Positions 9,319 to 19,074 are shown, counted from the whole stretch's first letter. The stretch: 63,736 nt of DNA, filler included, from an uncultured Thermoplasmatales archaeon (GCA_964517155.1; 4 parts of 4 records of this genome joined end to end with filler, not necessarily neighbours in it), one strand, 5' to 3'. A program made the numbers and translations. The notes: generated by a model not told the origin, from the letters alone.

Positions 9319-10435
9319 TGAGATGGAACCTGCTCCTAAAGGCACAGAATATGATTTATATTTTGGTCCTGCGCATCCAGGGTCGGGTAACTTTGGTGTT
9401 AAATTAAAAATAGATGGAGAAGCAGTGGTATCTGCTGTAGCTGATCCTGGTTACTTACATAGAGGTTTTGAGAAGCTGATGGAATATAGAACACCATTAC
9501 AAAATGCTGTTCTATCTGATAGGCTTTGTGTACTGGAACCATTAAACTGGAATTTGATTCATGCTGAAGCAGTAGACGAGTTAATGGGCATTGATGTACC
9601 AGAACGGGCAAAATATATAAGAGTGATAATGGCAGAGCTTTCTAGGATTCAGTCTCATATTATTTGGTATGGTGTGTTTTCAATAGGTACCGGTTTTGAT
9701 ACCGGATTTAAAATGGCCTTTGGGTATAGAGACTATATATTAGATTTATTTGAGATGATAACAGGCGGGAGAGTATACCCTGCGGGTTATATATGTCCTG
9801 GTGGTGTGAGAAGGGATCTTCCAAATTGTGCAAAAGACAAGATACTCAAAGTTTTAGATAAAATAGATGAAATGATAAAACTTGAAGAGTTAGAAAATCC
9901 TGCTTTAACTGCTAGGGCAAAAGATGTTGGAGTTTTAAAAGCAGAAGATGCAATAAGGTTAGGGGCGACAGGACCTGTATTAAGGGGTTCAGGGATGAAT
10001 ACCGATGTAAGAAAAGATGAACCCTATGAAATATATGACAGATTAGACTTTGAGGTACCAGTAAGAAAAGAAGGAGATGCATATGCTAGATACATTATTG
10101 GGTTAGAAGAGATGAAACAATCGGTAAAAATTGTAAAACAAGCTTTGGAAAAGTTGCCAAAGGGAGATGTAATAGTACCATCTTTGAAAAAACCTAAACT
10201 CTCAGTTAAAATACCAAATGGTGAAGTGTATGTTAGAAATGAAATAGCAAGAGGAGAGGCAGCTATTTATATGGTAAGTGATGGAGGAAGCACGCCGTAC
10301 AGGTGTAAAATTAGGGGACCCGACTTTCTCCACATGATCCCTGTTCTTGAATATTTGTTAAAAGGGGCACAAATTGCGGATGTGCCAGCTGTTTATTGGA
10401 GTTTGAATATATGCCCTGCTGATATGGATAGGTGA
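9311..10435 (+). CDS. NuoD/MbxL-like subunit (not a NiFe hydrogenase)
   Basis: FGPAHP, GYLHRGFEK, DRLCVLE, ELSRIQSH, GPVLRGSG, EIARGE, C-terminus NICPADMDR. Confidence 0.9.
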   Translation: MINEMEPAPKGTEYDLYFGPAHPGSGNFGVKLKIDGEAVVSAVADPGYLHRGFEKLMEYRTPLQNAVLSDRLCVLEPLNWNLIHAEAVDELMGIDVPERAKYIRVIMAELSRIQSHIIWYGVFSIGTGFDTGFKMAFGYRDYILDLFEMITGGRVYPAGYICPGGVRRDLPNCAKDKILKVLDKIDEMIKLEELENPALTARAKDVGVLKAEDAIRLGATGPVLRGSGMNTDVRKDEPYEIYDRLDFEVPVRKEGDAYARYIIGLEEMKQSVKIVKQALEKLPKGDVIVPSLKKPKLSVKIPNGEVYVRNEIARGEAAIYMVSDGGSTPYRCKIRGPDFLHMIPVLEYLLKGAQIADVPAVYWSLNICPADMDR

Positions 10436-10439
10436 TATA

Positions 10440-10832
10440 ATGAAACTGGGAATATTAATAAAATTATTTCAAAATTTGTTTTCAAAACCTATGACTGTTA
10501 AATTTCCGCATGAATCAATTCCCATTCCTGATGGGTACAGAGGGGAACATGCATATGATATAGATAAATGTATAAGCTGTGGGCTGTGCGTAAATATATG
10601 TCCTAATCGGGCGATAGAGATGGTAGAAGCACCTAAAGAATATAAGGATAAGTGCCCAAAGACTTATCCGAAAATAGATCTTGGAAAATGTTGTTTCTGT
10701 GGCCTATGTGAAGATATATGTCCAAAGAATGCTATCTACTTAACAAAAAATTTTTACCTTTCAACTTTTGATAAAACCGATGTTATTAGAGCTCCCATTC
10801 CAAAAAAGGTAAATAAAAATATCACTAATTGA
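10440..10832 (+). CDS. NuoI/MbxN-like 2x[4Fe-4S] subunit
   Basis: PMTVKFP..YRG, CISCGLCVNICP, CCFCGLCEDICP. Confidence 0.9.
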   Translation: MKLGILIKLFQNLFSKPMTVKFPHESIPIPDGYRGEHAYDIDKCISCGLCVNICPNRAIEMVEAPKEYKDKCPKTYPKIDLGKCCFCGLCEDICPKNAIYLTKNFYLSTFDKTDVIRAPIPKKVNKNITN

Positions 10833-10921
10833 CGTAAATAAGTTGATAAATTATAAAAAATGTTAGAAATTAGCTCACAAAATATTGTGAAAAATATTTA
10901 GTGCAAAAGGAGGGCAAATTT

Positions 10922-13249
10922 ATGGGCGATACTAATAAAAATTCGAAAATTGGTGTATTTCTTTGTCATTGTGGAGACAATATAGCCGACACAGTTAATA
11001 TTAAAAAATTAAAGGATGAGCTTTCTAAAAATAAAGATCTTGTTGTAAAAGATCATCTTTTTTTGTGTTCTGAGTCTGGACAAAAGTCAATTTTAGAGAC
11101 TCTAGAGAAAGACAAAGATATAGATAGGGTTGTTGTGGCCAGTTGTTCTCCAAAACACCATTGGAATATATTCAAAAATTGTATCCAACAGAAATTAAAT
11201 CCCTATATGTGGGAAATGGCAAATATTAGAGAGCATTGTTCATGGGTTCATACTGATAAAGAAAAAGCAACAAAGAAAGCATTGGCAATAATTAGTGGAG
11301 CAATAAATAAGGTGAGATACCATGAGCCAATACTCAAAAAAGAAATTTCCTTAAATAGAGATGTTTTAGTAATAGGTGCAGGGATAGCAGGTATGCATGC
11401 TTCTTTGGAACTTGCAAATAAAGATTTTCATGTGTTTCTTGTAGAAAAAAGCCCTGCTATTGGTGGTAATATGACAAAACTTGGTAGAACGTTTCCAACT
11501 GATGATTGTTCTATGTGTACGGCGTCACCAATAATGAACGAGGTTAGTTCTCATCCAAATATTGATATGATGACACTATCTGAGCTTGTAGATTTTTCTG
11601 GAAGACCTGGTGAGTATGTTGCTACGGTTAAAACCCGCCCAAGGTATGTTGATCCGAGTAAATGTACTGGATGTGGTTTGTGTACTGAGAAATGTCCTGT
11701 TTCTATTCCATCAGAATATGAACTTGGATTAAAAGATACAAAAGCAATCCATATTCCTTTTGACTCCTGTGTTCCTGAAGTAGCTTTTATTGAATCTGAT
11801 GCATGTTTGAAAATAACAAAAAATAAATGTGGGGTATGTGAGAAGGTATGCCCTGCTGGTGCAATAGATTATAATCAGAAACCAAAAACAAAAAAAATAA
11901 AGATCGGTGCTGTAGTTGTAGCTACAGGTTATAAACAAATGGATTTATCAAATACAGAATATAATTTTGAGCACCCAGATGTTATAAATGGATTACAGTT
12001 AGAGCGAATGATAACTCCTGCTGGGCCAACAAAGGGAAAAATTCTTTGTCCAAGTAATGGCAAAGAGCCTAAAACAGTCACTTTTATACAATGTGCAGGT
12101 TCTAGAGACCAGAGACATCATGAGTATTGTTCAAATATATGTTGTATGTATTCAGCTAAAAATGCAAAGATTACTAGATCTAAACTCCCAGATGCTGAAA
12201 TCAATATGTGCTACATTGATATTAGAGCTCCTGGGAGAAGATATGAAGAATACTATCGCCAACTTAGAAAAAACAATATAAAAATGATTTTAGGAAGACC
12301 ATCTGAGATAATGGAAGATGCAGAGGGGAAACTATATTTTGACGTATTTGATAAATCTACAGATAAACTATTACAGATAAACTCTGACTTAATAGTCCTT
12401 GCAACAGCATTGGAACCATCTGAAGGTACCAAAGAGATGACTGCTTTGCTTAACTTGCCATATGGATTGGATGGTTTTATATCGCCTTTGCATATAAAAA
12501 TTGCCCCAGTAGATACAACTGTTGAGGGCATATATGTAGCTGGAACAGCAGAGGCTCCAAAATCGATACAGGACTGCATAACTGATGCATCTAGTGCAGC
12601 TAGTAGAGTTGCAACACTTTTAAAAAGTGATACATCAGTTATCGATTTGACAACTGCAGAGATTGATATGGATAAATGTACAAAATGTGGTAAATGTATC
12701 GAGGCTTGTAATTATTCTGCGATAACAAAGGATTATGAAATAATAGATATGGCTTGCAGAGGATGTGGAAAATGTGTGTCTGTCTGTCCAGAAGGGGCAA
12801 TCCAGATTAGGCATCTTACAACTGACCAACTTAGAAGTCAAATTGATGGGATTTTGTCAATTGAACCAGATTCCATCATCGCATATACTTCAGAGACATG
12901 TGGTTATAACGCTGCAGATATAGCGGGTGTTTCTAGATTAAAATATCCTAGCGATGTCAAAATTGTAAAAGTTCCTTGTGTAGGAAGACTAAGTATCGAT
13001 GATCTGGTATATCCTTTTGAGAAAAGTGCAAAAAGGGTAATGGTTGTAGCCTGCCCTGAAGGTTTATGTCATTATATTGATGGCACTGAAACAGCAAAAA
13101 AAGCAGTTGAAGAGGCAAAAAAGATACTTGATAAAAAAGGAATTGGAAGCGAAAAATTGCGTTTTGTTCCAATTGTTTCACCGGATGGACCAAAATTCCA
13201 GCAGATATGTATTGAAGAAAGTGAAAAATTAAGGGGGAAAAACACATGA
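10922..13249 (+). CDS. hdrA: Heterodisulfide reductase subunit A fused to C-terminal MvhD domain
   Basis: GVFLCHCG, VASCSP, NIREHCSW, GAGIAG, TFPTDDCSMC, QCAGSRD..YCSNICCMY; C-terminal AADIAG..YP..VPCVGR..ACPEGLCHY (MvhD). Confidence 0.95.
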   Translation: MGDTNKNSKIGVFLCHCGDNIADTVNIKKLKDELSKNKDLVVKDHLFLCSESGQKSILETLEKDKDIDRVVVASCSPKHHWNIFKNCIQQKLNPYMWEMANIREHCSWVHTDKEKATKKALAIISGAINKVRYHEPILKKEISLNRDVLVIGAGIAGMHASLELANKDFHVFLVEKSPAIGGNMTKLGRTFPTDDCSMCTASPIMNEVSSHPNIDMMTLSELVDFSGRPGEYVATVKTRPRYVDPSKCTGCGLCTEKCPVSIPSEYELGLKDTKAIHIPFDSCVPEVAFIESDACLKITKNKCGVCEKVCPAGAIDYNQKPKTKKIKIGAVVVATGYKQMDLSNTEYNFEHPDVINGLQLERMITPAGPTKGKILCPSNGKEPKTVTFIQCAGSRDQRHHEYCSNICCMYSAKNAKITRSKLPDAEINMCYIDIRAPGRRYEEYYRQLRKNNIKMILGRPSEIMEDAEGKLYFDVFDKSTDKLLQINSDLIVLATALEPSEGTKEMTALLNLPYGLDGFISPLHIKIAPVDTTVEGIYVAGTAEAPKSIQDCITDASSAASRVATLLKSDTSVIDLTTAEIDMDKCTKCGKCIEACNYSAITKDYEIIDMACRGCGKCVSVCPEGAIQIRHLTTDQLRSQIDGILSIEPDSIIAYTSETCGYNAADIAGVSRLKYPSDVKIVKVPCVGRLSIDDLVYPFEKSAKRVMVVACPEGLCHYIDGTETAKKAVEEAKKILDKKGIGSEKLRFVPIVSPDGPKFQQICIEESEKLRGKNT

Positions 13250-13782
13250 ATAACGGAATGACAGATCTTTTTAACATGTCAAAACCTGATAAAGAAAAAT
13301 ATAAAGATTTAGAAGAAGCGCTTTCAATAATTGGAATAGAATCACCAAATATATGCTATCAATGTTCTAAATGTACATCTGGATGCGAATCTATGAAACT
13401 ACTTGAACTTCAGCCGCATTCTATAATGGCATCAGCAAAAGATGGATTTATAGAAGAGATAATGCAATCAGATAAAATATGGGATTGCATTGGATGCTAT
13501 AAATGCGTTGAACGATGCCCACAAAAGATGAGCCCTGTTGACCTTATGTACATCATCAAAAATTGGTGTGTTACTTCAGGAAAACAATTACCTGGGGATT
13601 ACCAAAAATTACTACAAAATATTTTAACAAGTGGTTATACACAGAATATTTTAGATGTTAGTGATAAAAAAGATAAAACTTGGAACAGGTCTTCTTTGGG
13701 GTTACCAGAGCTAAAAGTCCCAAAAGATCAACAAAAATTTACTAAGGCTATTTCAGAGCTTGCAATGGAGAGTCTTATATGA
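13246..13782 (+). CDS. hdrC: Heterodisulfide reductase subunit C
   Basis: CYQCSKCTSGC, IWDCIGCYKCVERCP; ATGA overlap with hdrA. Confidence 0.92.
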   Translation: MNNGMTDLFNMSKPDKEKYKDLEEALSIIGIESPNICYQCSKCTSGCESMKLLELQPHSIMASAKDGFIEEIMQSDKIWDCIGCYKCVERCPQKMSPVDLMYIIKNWCVTSGKQLPGDYQKLLQNILTSGYTQNILDVSDKKDKTWNRSSLGLPELKVPKDQQKFTKAISELAMESLI

Positions 13783-14639
13783 AAGAAATGGGATTATATC
13801 TAGGTTGCACGATACCAACAGAGCAATATGGTTATGAGATGAGTATAAGAGAAATAATGCCTGACTTTGGTATAAAACTAGTTGATTTAGAAAACGTCTC
13901 GTGTTGTGGTGCCCCACTTCGAAGTATAAACCTTATGATGCAGATGTATCTCTCTGCTAGAAACATTGCTATATGTGAATCAAAAAATTTAGATATGTAT
14001 GCCCCATGTTCCCAGTGTCATCTTTCTCTTACTGAAACAATGAATCGTTTAAAAAATTCTGATAAACTACGTGAAAAGATTGCAAAAAAACTCATAGATG
14101 ATGAGGGACTAAAGTACACTGGTAATCTAACTATTTATCACACTTTGGATTTATTGTATGATGAAATAGGAATTAATTCTATCAAAAAAAAGGTAAAAAA
14201 ACCTATAAATTGGAATATAGCCTGTCATTATGGTTGTCATACAGTTAGATACAGTGATATCAAAAGGCCTGATAAAGCAGAACATCCAAATAAAATGGAA
14301 GAAATAATTAAAGCAATTGGAGGTAAAACACAGGATTATTCAGAAAAGCTTAACTGCTGTGGTGCACCATTAATGATTACGCATAAAGATTCAGCTCTTA
14401 CAAAAGCTGGAGAAAAAATTAGAGCAATACAAGATAGAAATTTTGATGCAATATCTATAGTTTGTCCTTTTGGGGGAAGAATGCTTGATTCAAAACAAAA
14501 AAAAGCAGCTGATACAATAGGTGAAAAACTAAACATACCTGTGTTTTATTTAACTCAGATTATAGGCTTAGCAATGAACAAGGACGAAGACAAATTAGGT
14601 CTTAATCTAAATTTAAGTTATAATAAAACCATAGGTTGA
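13779..14639 (+). CDS. hdrB: Heterodisulfide reductase subunit B (two CCG domains)
   Basis: YLGC, SCCG, CSQC, HYGCH, NCCG, CPFG. Confidence 0.93.
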   Translation: MKEMGLYLGCTIPTEQYGYEMSIREIMPDFGIKLVDLENVSCCGAPLRSINLMMQMYLSARNIAICESKNLDMYAPCSQCHLSLTETMNRLKNSDKLREKIAKKLIDDEGLKYTGNLTIYHTLDLLYDEIGINSIKKKVKKPINWNIACHYGCHTVRYSDIKRPDKAEHPNKMEEIIKAIGGKTQDYSEKLNCCGAPLMITHKDSALTKAGEKIRAIQDRNFDAISIVCPFGGRMLDSKQKKAADTIGEKLNIPVFYLTQIIGLAMNKDEDKLGLNLNLSYNKTIG

Positions 14640-14703
14640 AAATTATTATTGATATAAAAAAAATTAATGAAATTATTTAGTAAGTATTATTGAAGGTTTA
14701 TAT

Positions 14704-15330
14704 ATGCCAAGAATTGAATCTTTTGAGGTATATAGCCAGGAATATGACAACTGGTTTGTTAGAAATAAAGATATTTATCATGCAGAAATTAATGCTATTA
14801 AACAAGTTATACCAAAAAATAAAAAGGGTGTTGAAATTGGTATTGGAACTGGTAGATTTGCCTTACCTCTAGGGATAAAAATTGGTGTTGAGCCTTCTAA
14901 AAAAATGACAGAAATATCAAAAAAACATGGTATAAAAGTTTATGAAGGAGTAGCAGAAAGACTACCTTTAGGTGATAAAACATTTGATTTTGTTCTCTTT
15001 GTTACGACAATATGTTTTGTAGATGATTTGACAAAATCATTTCAAGAGGCACATAGGGTTTTAAAAACGGATGGTTTTATTATTGTTGGTTTTGTAGATA
15101 AAGAAAGTGAATTAGGGATAAGATATCAGCTGAAAAGGGAAAAAAGTAAGTTCTATAAAAATGCTATTTTTTATTCAGTGAAAGAGGTTATAAATATTTT
15201 AAGAGAAACAAATTTTAAAGATATATTTATTAAACAAACAGTCTTTCCAATCAAAATTGGTAAATTAGATTCTATAGAAGACGGTTATGGCAAAGGAAGT
15301 TTTGTTGTAATAAAAGCCAATAAAAAATGA
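14704..15330 (+). CDS. Class I SAM-dependent methyltransferase
   Basis: EIGIGTGRF, VAERLP..DKTFD, RVLK.DG. Confidence 0.9.
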   Translation: MPRIESFEVYSQEYDNWFVRNKDIYHAEINAIKQVIPKNKKGVEIGIGTGRFALPLGIKIGVEPSKKMTEISKKHGIKVYEGVAERLPLGDKTFDFVLFVTTICFVDDLTKSFQEAHRVLKTDGFIIVGFVDKESELGIRYQLKREKSKFYKNAIFYSVKEVINILRETNFKDIFIKQTVFPIKIGKLDSIEDGYGKGSFVVIKANKK

Positions 15331-15334
15331 TATA

Positions 15335-16312
15335 ATGAGGAGAAATATGTTAAAGAAAAAAAAACTGATTGCTTTTGGGCCTGTTCCATCCAGACGTCTT
15401 GGGCAGAGTTTAGGGATAAATAATATACCGCCAAAAATCTGTACCTATTCATGTATCTACTGTCAGCTTGGAAGAACTTTAAATATGCAGGTTGAAAGAA
15501 AACCCTTTTACAGAACAGATGAAATATTTAACAACGTTAAAAGAAAAGTTAAAGAAACTTTAAATAAAAAAGAACCTTTAGATTACTTAACTTTTGTTCC
15601 TGATGGAGAACCTACTTTAGATATTAATCTAGGAAAAGAAATAGAACATGTCAAATCATTAGGAATAAAAGTTGCTGTTATTTCAAATGCTTCTCTTATC
15701 TGGCGAGAGGATGTTCGCGGTGATTTATCCAAAGCTGATTGGGTATCGTTAAAGATTGATGCTATAAGTGAGGATATATGGCATAAAATAGATAGAGCGC
15801 ATAAATCTTTAAAACTTAATGAAATCCTACAAGGCATATCAGATTTTTCCAAGACATTTAAAGGTCAACTAGCAACTGAAAGCATGCTAATTAAAGACGT
15901 TAATGATTCTCAAGATGAAATAGGAAAAATAGCAGATTTTATTAAAAAATTGCATTTCAAAAAAAGTTATATCTCAATTCCAACTAGACCACCAGCGGAA
16001 GAATGGGCAGCACCTGCAGATGAAACAAATATTAATATGGCTTATCAAATTTTTAATGAAAATGATATAGATACAGAACTTATAACAGGTTATGAAGGAA
16101 ACGCTTTTTCTTCAACAGGAAATTTAAAAGAGGATATATTAAGTATTACATCAGTTCACCCGATACGTGAAGAAGGAATAAATGAATTAATTAAAAAAAC
16201 AAATGAAAGCTGGGACTTAGTTAAAATCCTATTAAGAGAGGAAGAAATTATAGAAACAGAATATAAAAATAAAAAATTTTATTTACGTAAATTCAAAAAA
16301 ATAAAAAGGTGA
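15335..16312 (+). CDS. Radical SAM protein (COG0731-like)
   Basis: FGPVPSRRLGQSLG, CTYSCIYCQLG, DGEPTL, PTRPP. Confidence 0.9.
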   Translation: MRRNMLKKKKLIAFGPVPSRRLGQSLGINNIPPKICTYSCIYCQLGRTLNMQVERKPFYRTDEIFNNVKRKVKETLNKKEPLDYLTFVPDGEPTLDINLGKEIEHVKSLGIKVAVISNASLIWREDVRGDLSKADWVSLKIDAISEDIWHKIDRAHKSLKLNEILQGISDFSKTFKGQLATESMLIKDVNDSQDEIGKIADFIKKLHFKKSYISIPTRPPAEEWAAPADETNINMAYQIFNENDIDTELITGYEGNAFSSTGNLKEDILSITSVHPIREEGINELIKKTNESWDLVKILLREEEIIETEYKNKKFYLRKFKKIKR

Positions 16313-16321
16313 TAAAATTTT

Positions 16322-16756
16322 ATGCAAGTTAAAATAATACAAGTTGAAGGATTAACTTTTGTTGGAAAAGCAGATAGTAATCACTGGGTTACAATAGATG
16401 GACCTAAAGATTTTTATGGCTCAGAAGCTGCAGTTAGACCTACTGAACTGCTGTTAATATCTCTTGGCAGCTGTACTGCAAGTGATGTTGCATCGATTCT
16501 TAAAAAGAAACATGTAGATTTACAAAAATTTGAAGTAAATCTTACTGGAGAAAGAGCAAATGAGCATCCTAAAGTATTCACAAAAATAAACTTGGAGTAT
16601 ATTTTTACTGGTGAAAACCTAAAAGAGGAGGATATAAAAAGAGCAATTGAACTTTCTCAGGACAAATATTGTCCTATTGTATCTATGCTCAAAAAAACTG
16701 TTGAGATAACTTACACATATAAAATAAAAAATAGAAATAAAGAATATGGAAAATAA
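16322..16756 (+). CDS. OsmC/YhfA family protein
   Basis: RPTELLLISLGSCT, HPKVF, LSQDKYCPI. Confidence 0.9.
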   Translation: MQVKIIQVEGLTFVGKADSNHWVTIDGPKDFYGSEAAVRPTELLLISLGSCTASDVASILKKKHVDLQKFEVNLTGERANEHPKVFTKINLEYIFTGENLKEEDIKRAIELSQDKYCPIVSMLKKTVEITYTYKIKNRNKEYGK

Positions 16757-16871
16757 AAAAGTAAAAACAGAAGAACAAACAGTTATTTATTCATTTTACA
16801 AAGCAATAAAAGGCTTTGCAACCACTTTTCCTATTTTGTTTGTAGTGATATTCTTTTTGCTAGGTTTCTAG
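16746..16871 (+). pseudogene. Truncated permease N-terminus (relative of 17563-18045)
   Basis: MENKKVKTEEQTVIYSFYKAIKGFATTFPILFVVIFFLLGF* resembles SLKIALKSFIKLLPIVFIIIIFIGLLLGF; overlaps osmC end; stops after 41 codons. Confidence 0.5.
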
Positions 16872-16921
16872 TATGTGATTTTTTTCCCTTTTAAATTATT
16901 ATGCTAATAATTACCATGAAT

Positions 16922-17024
16922 GATAATATCATGCCCGCATCGGGATTCGAACGCGTATGTGACGTCACATTTTAATATTTTATATCTGTTGAACAAAAAT
17001 TATTTTTTAATTCTTCGAATCACC
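16922..17024. repeat. Dispersed direct repeat copy 1, containing a minus-strand tRNA-3'-end-like segment
   Basis: 56/72 ungapped identity with 27848-27919, weaker match continues ~30 nt; reverse complement contains GTTCGAATCCCGATGCGGGCA. Confidence 0.8.
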
Positions 17025-17158
17025 TTTATGAATAGTGCAGGAGAATCTAGTTAGATTTCAAGTTTAATCTCTTTTTTGTATTACCCTGACAGTAAAATAA
17101 CTTTAGTTTACAGAGAAAAAATTGTAAGTTATTTTTGAAGGTTAACTAAAACTTTATA

Positions 17159-17177
17159 TATATAACATTGTTATATA
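17159..17177. promoter_or_regulatory. Candidate PadR autoregulatory operator overlapping the TATA region
   Basis: Perfect inverted repeat TATATAAC-att-GTTATATA, 5 nt before ATG 17183, overlapping TTTATATA. Confidence 0.6.
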
Positions 17178-17182
17178 GCTGT

Positions 17183-17560
17183 ATGGATCATAGCAACAAC
17201 TGCCTGTTTCAGGAGAGTGAAAAATACCCTGAAAAAAGCTGGTTAAAATTTCTAATTTTAAGAGTAATATTTGAAACACCAACCTACGGTTATAACATCA
17301 TTCAAAAAATTGAAGAAATGAGCTATGGAAGACATAAAATCAAATCAGGCACTATGTACACCACGCTTAGACGAATGGAAAAAGAAAAATTAGTAAAATC
17401 AAATTGGAAAAAAAGTAAGTCAGGACCAAATAAAAGAGAATATCATGCAACAAAAAAAGGAGAGGAATACCTAAAAAACTATTTAGAAATTATTATCGAA
17501 CGGAAAAAAATGATTGATAGAATGACAGAGTTTTATTACAAACATTTTGGAGGGAACTGA
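17183..17560 (+). CDS. PadR family transcriptional regulator
   Basis: TYGYNII, GTMYTTLRRMEKE.LV, GPNKREY..T.KG. Confidence 0.92.
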   Translation: MDHSNNCLFQESEKYPEKSWLKFLILRVIFETPTYGYNIIQKIEEMSYGRHKIKSGTMYTTLRRMEKEKLVKSNWKKSKSGPNKREYHATKKGEEYLKNYLEIIIERKKMIDRMTEFYYKHFGGN

Positions 17561-17562
17561 CT

Positions 17563-18045
17563 TTGAATATTACTGCTCTTATAATAAATAGTATTGCAAT
17601 TGTAGGTTTACTGATAGCATTTGTTAAAAACAAGGAAAAAGCATTTACATCACTTAAAATTGCTTTAAAATCCTTTATTAAATTGCTACCAATTGTATTT
17701 ATCATTATTATTTTCATCGGCTTACTTCTTGGTTTTGTGCCACCCGAACAAATTTCACGATTTGTTGGGGAACAATCTGGCATAGGTGGTGTTTTGCTTA
17801 TAGGAGTGGTTGGTGCTCTTATGCATATTCCAGCATTGCTTTCATTCCCACTTGCCGCATCAATGCTTGAAAGCGGTGCATCAATTACAGCTATTGCTGC
17901 ATTTATAACTACACTTACGATGATAGGCATGATCACATTACCCTTAGAGATAAAAATCTTAGGTAAAAAAATGGCTCTTTTACGTAATGGACTGAGTTTT
18001 ATTGTTGCTCTATTAATAGCGTTTCTTATGGGGATGATTCTATGA
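17563..18045 (+). CDS. Permease, split DUF318/ArsP-like, part 1
   Basis: Hydrophobic; FPLAASMLESGAS..IAAFITTLTMIG..LPLE..LG. Confidence 0.8.
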   Translation: MNITALIINSIAIVGLLIAFVKNKEKAFTSLKIALKSFIKLLPIVFIIIIFIGLLLGFVPPEQISRFVGEQSGIGGVLLIGVVGALMHIPALLSFPLAASMLESGASITAIAAFITTLTMIGMITLPLEIKILGKKMALLRNGLSFIVALLIAFLMGMIL

Positions 18046-18602
18046 AACCAGGAGAAAATAAAGCAGAACAGAAGAAGAAAATACTAAGAGATTGGATTTT
18101 CCTTGCACTATCAGTAGTTTTTCTTTTCATTCTTTTAATGATATTCCCAGAAAAAACCGAACCAGTGACCTCAACTGCTTGGGAATACTTCATAGAAATG
18201 ATTATTATTCTTCCAGCAGTGATGATAATCATGGGTATTTTCTCTGTTTTTATTTCAGATGAAATAATAGTTAAGTACTTAGGAAAAGCCTCAGGATTAA
18301 AAGGTATAGCACTATCTCTTTTTCTTGGTGCATTACCCACAGGCCCACTTTATGTTGCGTTTCCCATGGCAGCGGCCCTTCTTAAAAAAGGAGCAAGAAC
18401 CTCAAATATTATTATTTTCCTTTCTGCATGGGCATGTATTAAACTACCGCAGGAACTTGTTGAATTACAATTCCTTGGATTAAATTTTATGATAACCCGA
18501 TTGATTCTGACAATTATTTTCGTAATCATTATGGGTTATATCATTGAAATCATCTTAGAAAGAAATAAACAACAGATTATAGAAGAAAAAAATGGAGGAT
18601 AA
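18042..18602 (+). CDS. Permease, split DUF318/ArsP-like, part 2
   Basis: GALPTGPLYVAFPMAAALLKKGA, KLPQELVE.QFLG. Confidence 0.8.
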   Translation: MKPGENKAEQKKKILRDWIFLALSVVFLFILLMIFPEKTEPVTSTAWEYFIEMIIILPAVMIIMGIFSVFISDEIIVKYLGKASGLKGIALSLFLGALPTGPLYVAFPMAAALLKKGARTSNIIIFLSAWACIKLPQELVELQFLGLNFMITRLILTIIFVIIMGYIIEIILERNKQQIIEEKNGG

Positions 18603-18670
18603 CGAAATGATATTAGAAAATATACCAAAAATGGTTGGAATGATTTATGCAAAAAAAGAGGTAAGAAAAT

Positions 18671-19009
18671 ATGAAAATAATTGAAGTAAATAATGTAGAA
18701 ACGTCTGAAAACATTCATCAGATTGATGTACGAAAGATATATGATACAAAAGATGCTCAGGCAGTGCACATAACATTAAACCCCGGTGAATCTATGAAAC
18801 GACATATAACACCAGTTGATGTGTTTTTTTATGTCCTTGAGGGCACAGGCATTGTTGAAATTGGAAAAGAAAAACAAGAGGTATCGCATGACACCTTGAT
18901 TGAAAGCCCTGCAAATATTGTTCATTGTTGGTATAATAAAAGCAATTCACCCTTGAGGGTGCTTGTGGTAAAAACTCCCAGGCCAACTGAAAAGACAAAA
19001 ATTCTTTAA
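18671..19009 (+). CDS. Cupin domain protein
   Basis: LNPGE..RHITP, FYVLEGTG, PANIVH. Confidence 0.9.
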   Translation: MKIIEVNNVETSENIHQIDVRKIYDTKDAQAVHITLNPGESMKRHITPVDVFFYVLEGTGIVEIGKEKQEVSHDTLIESPANIVHCWYNKSNSPLRVLVVKTPRPTEKTKIL

Positions 19010-19074
19010 TCCCGTATCTTATTTATGATAAACTTTGGGTTTCTATTTTATAATTATAAGCTCTATTAAGCTTA

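Noticed and set aside
9311..10435. Group 4 [NiFe]-hydrogenase large subunit or quinone-reducing NuoD
   Set aside because: Both CxxC motifs are half lost and the quinone-site Tyr is absent
10922..14639. Evidence of methanogenesis or selenocysteine recoding in hdr genes
   Set aside because: Hdr is widespread in non-methanogens, no mcr/mtr is present here, and the frames contain no in-frame TGA
16900..16990. Intact tRNA gene
   Set aside because: Only the T-loop and 3' strand are present; no pairing T-stem 5' side, D arm or anticodon arm
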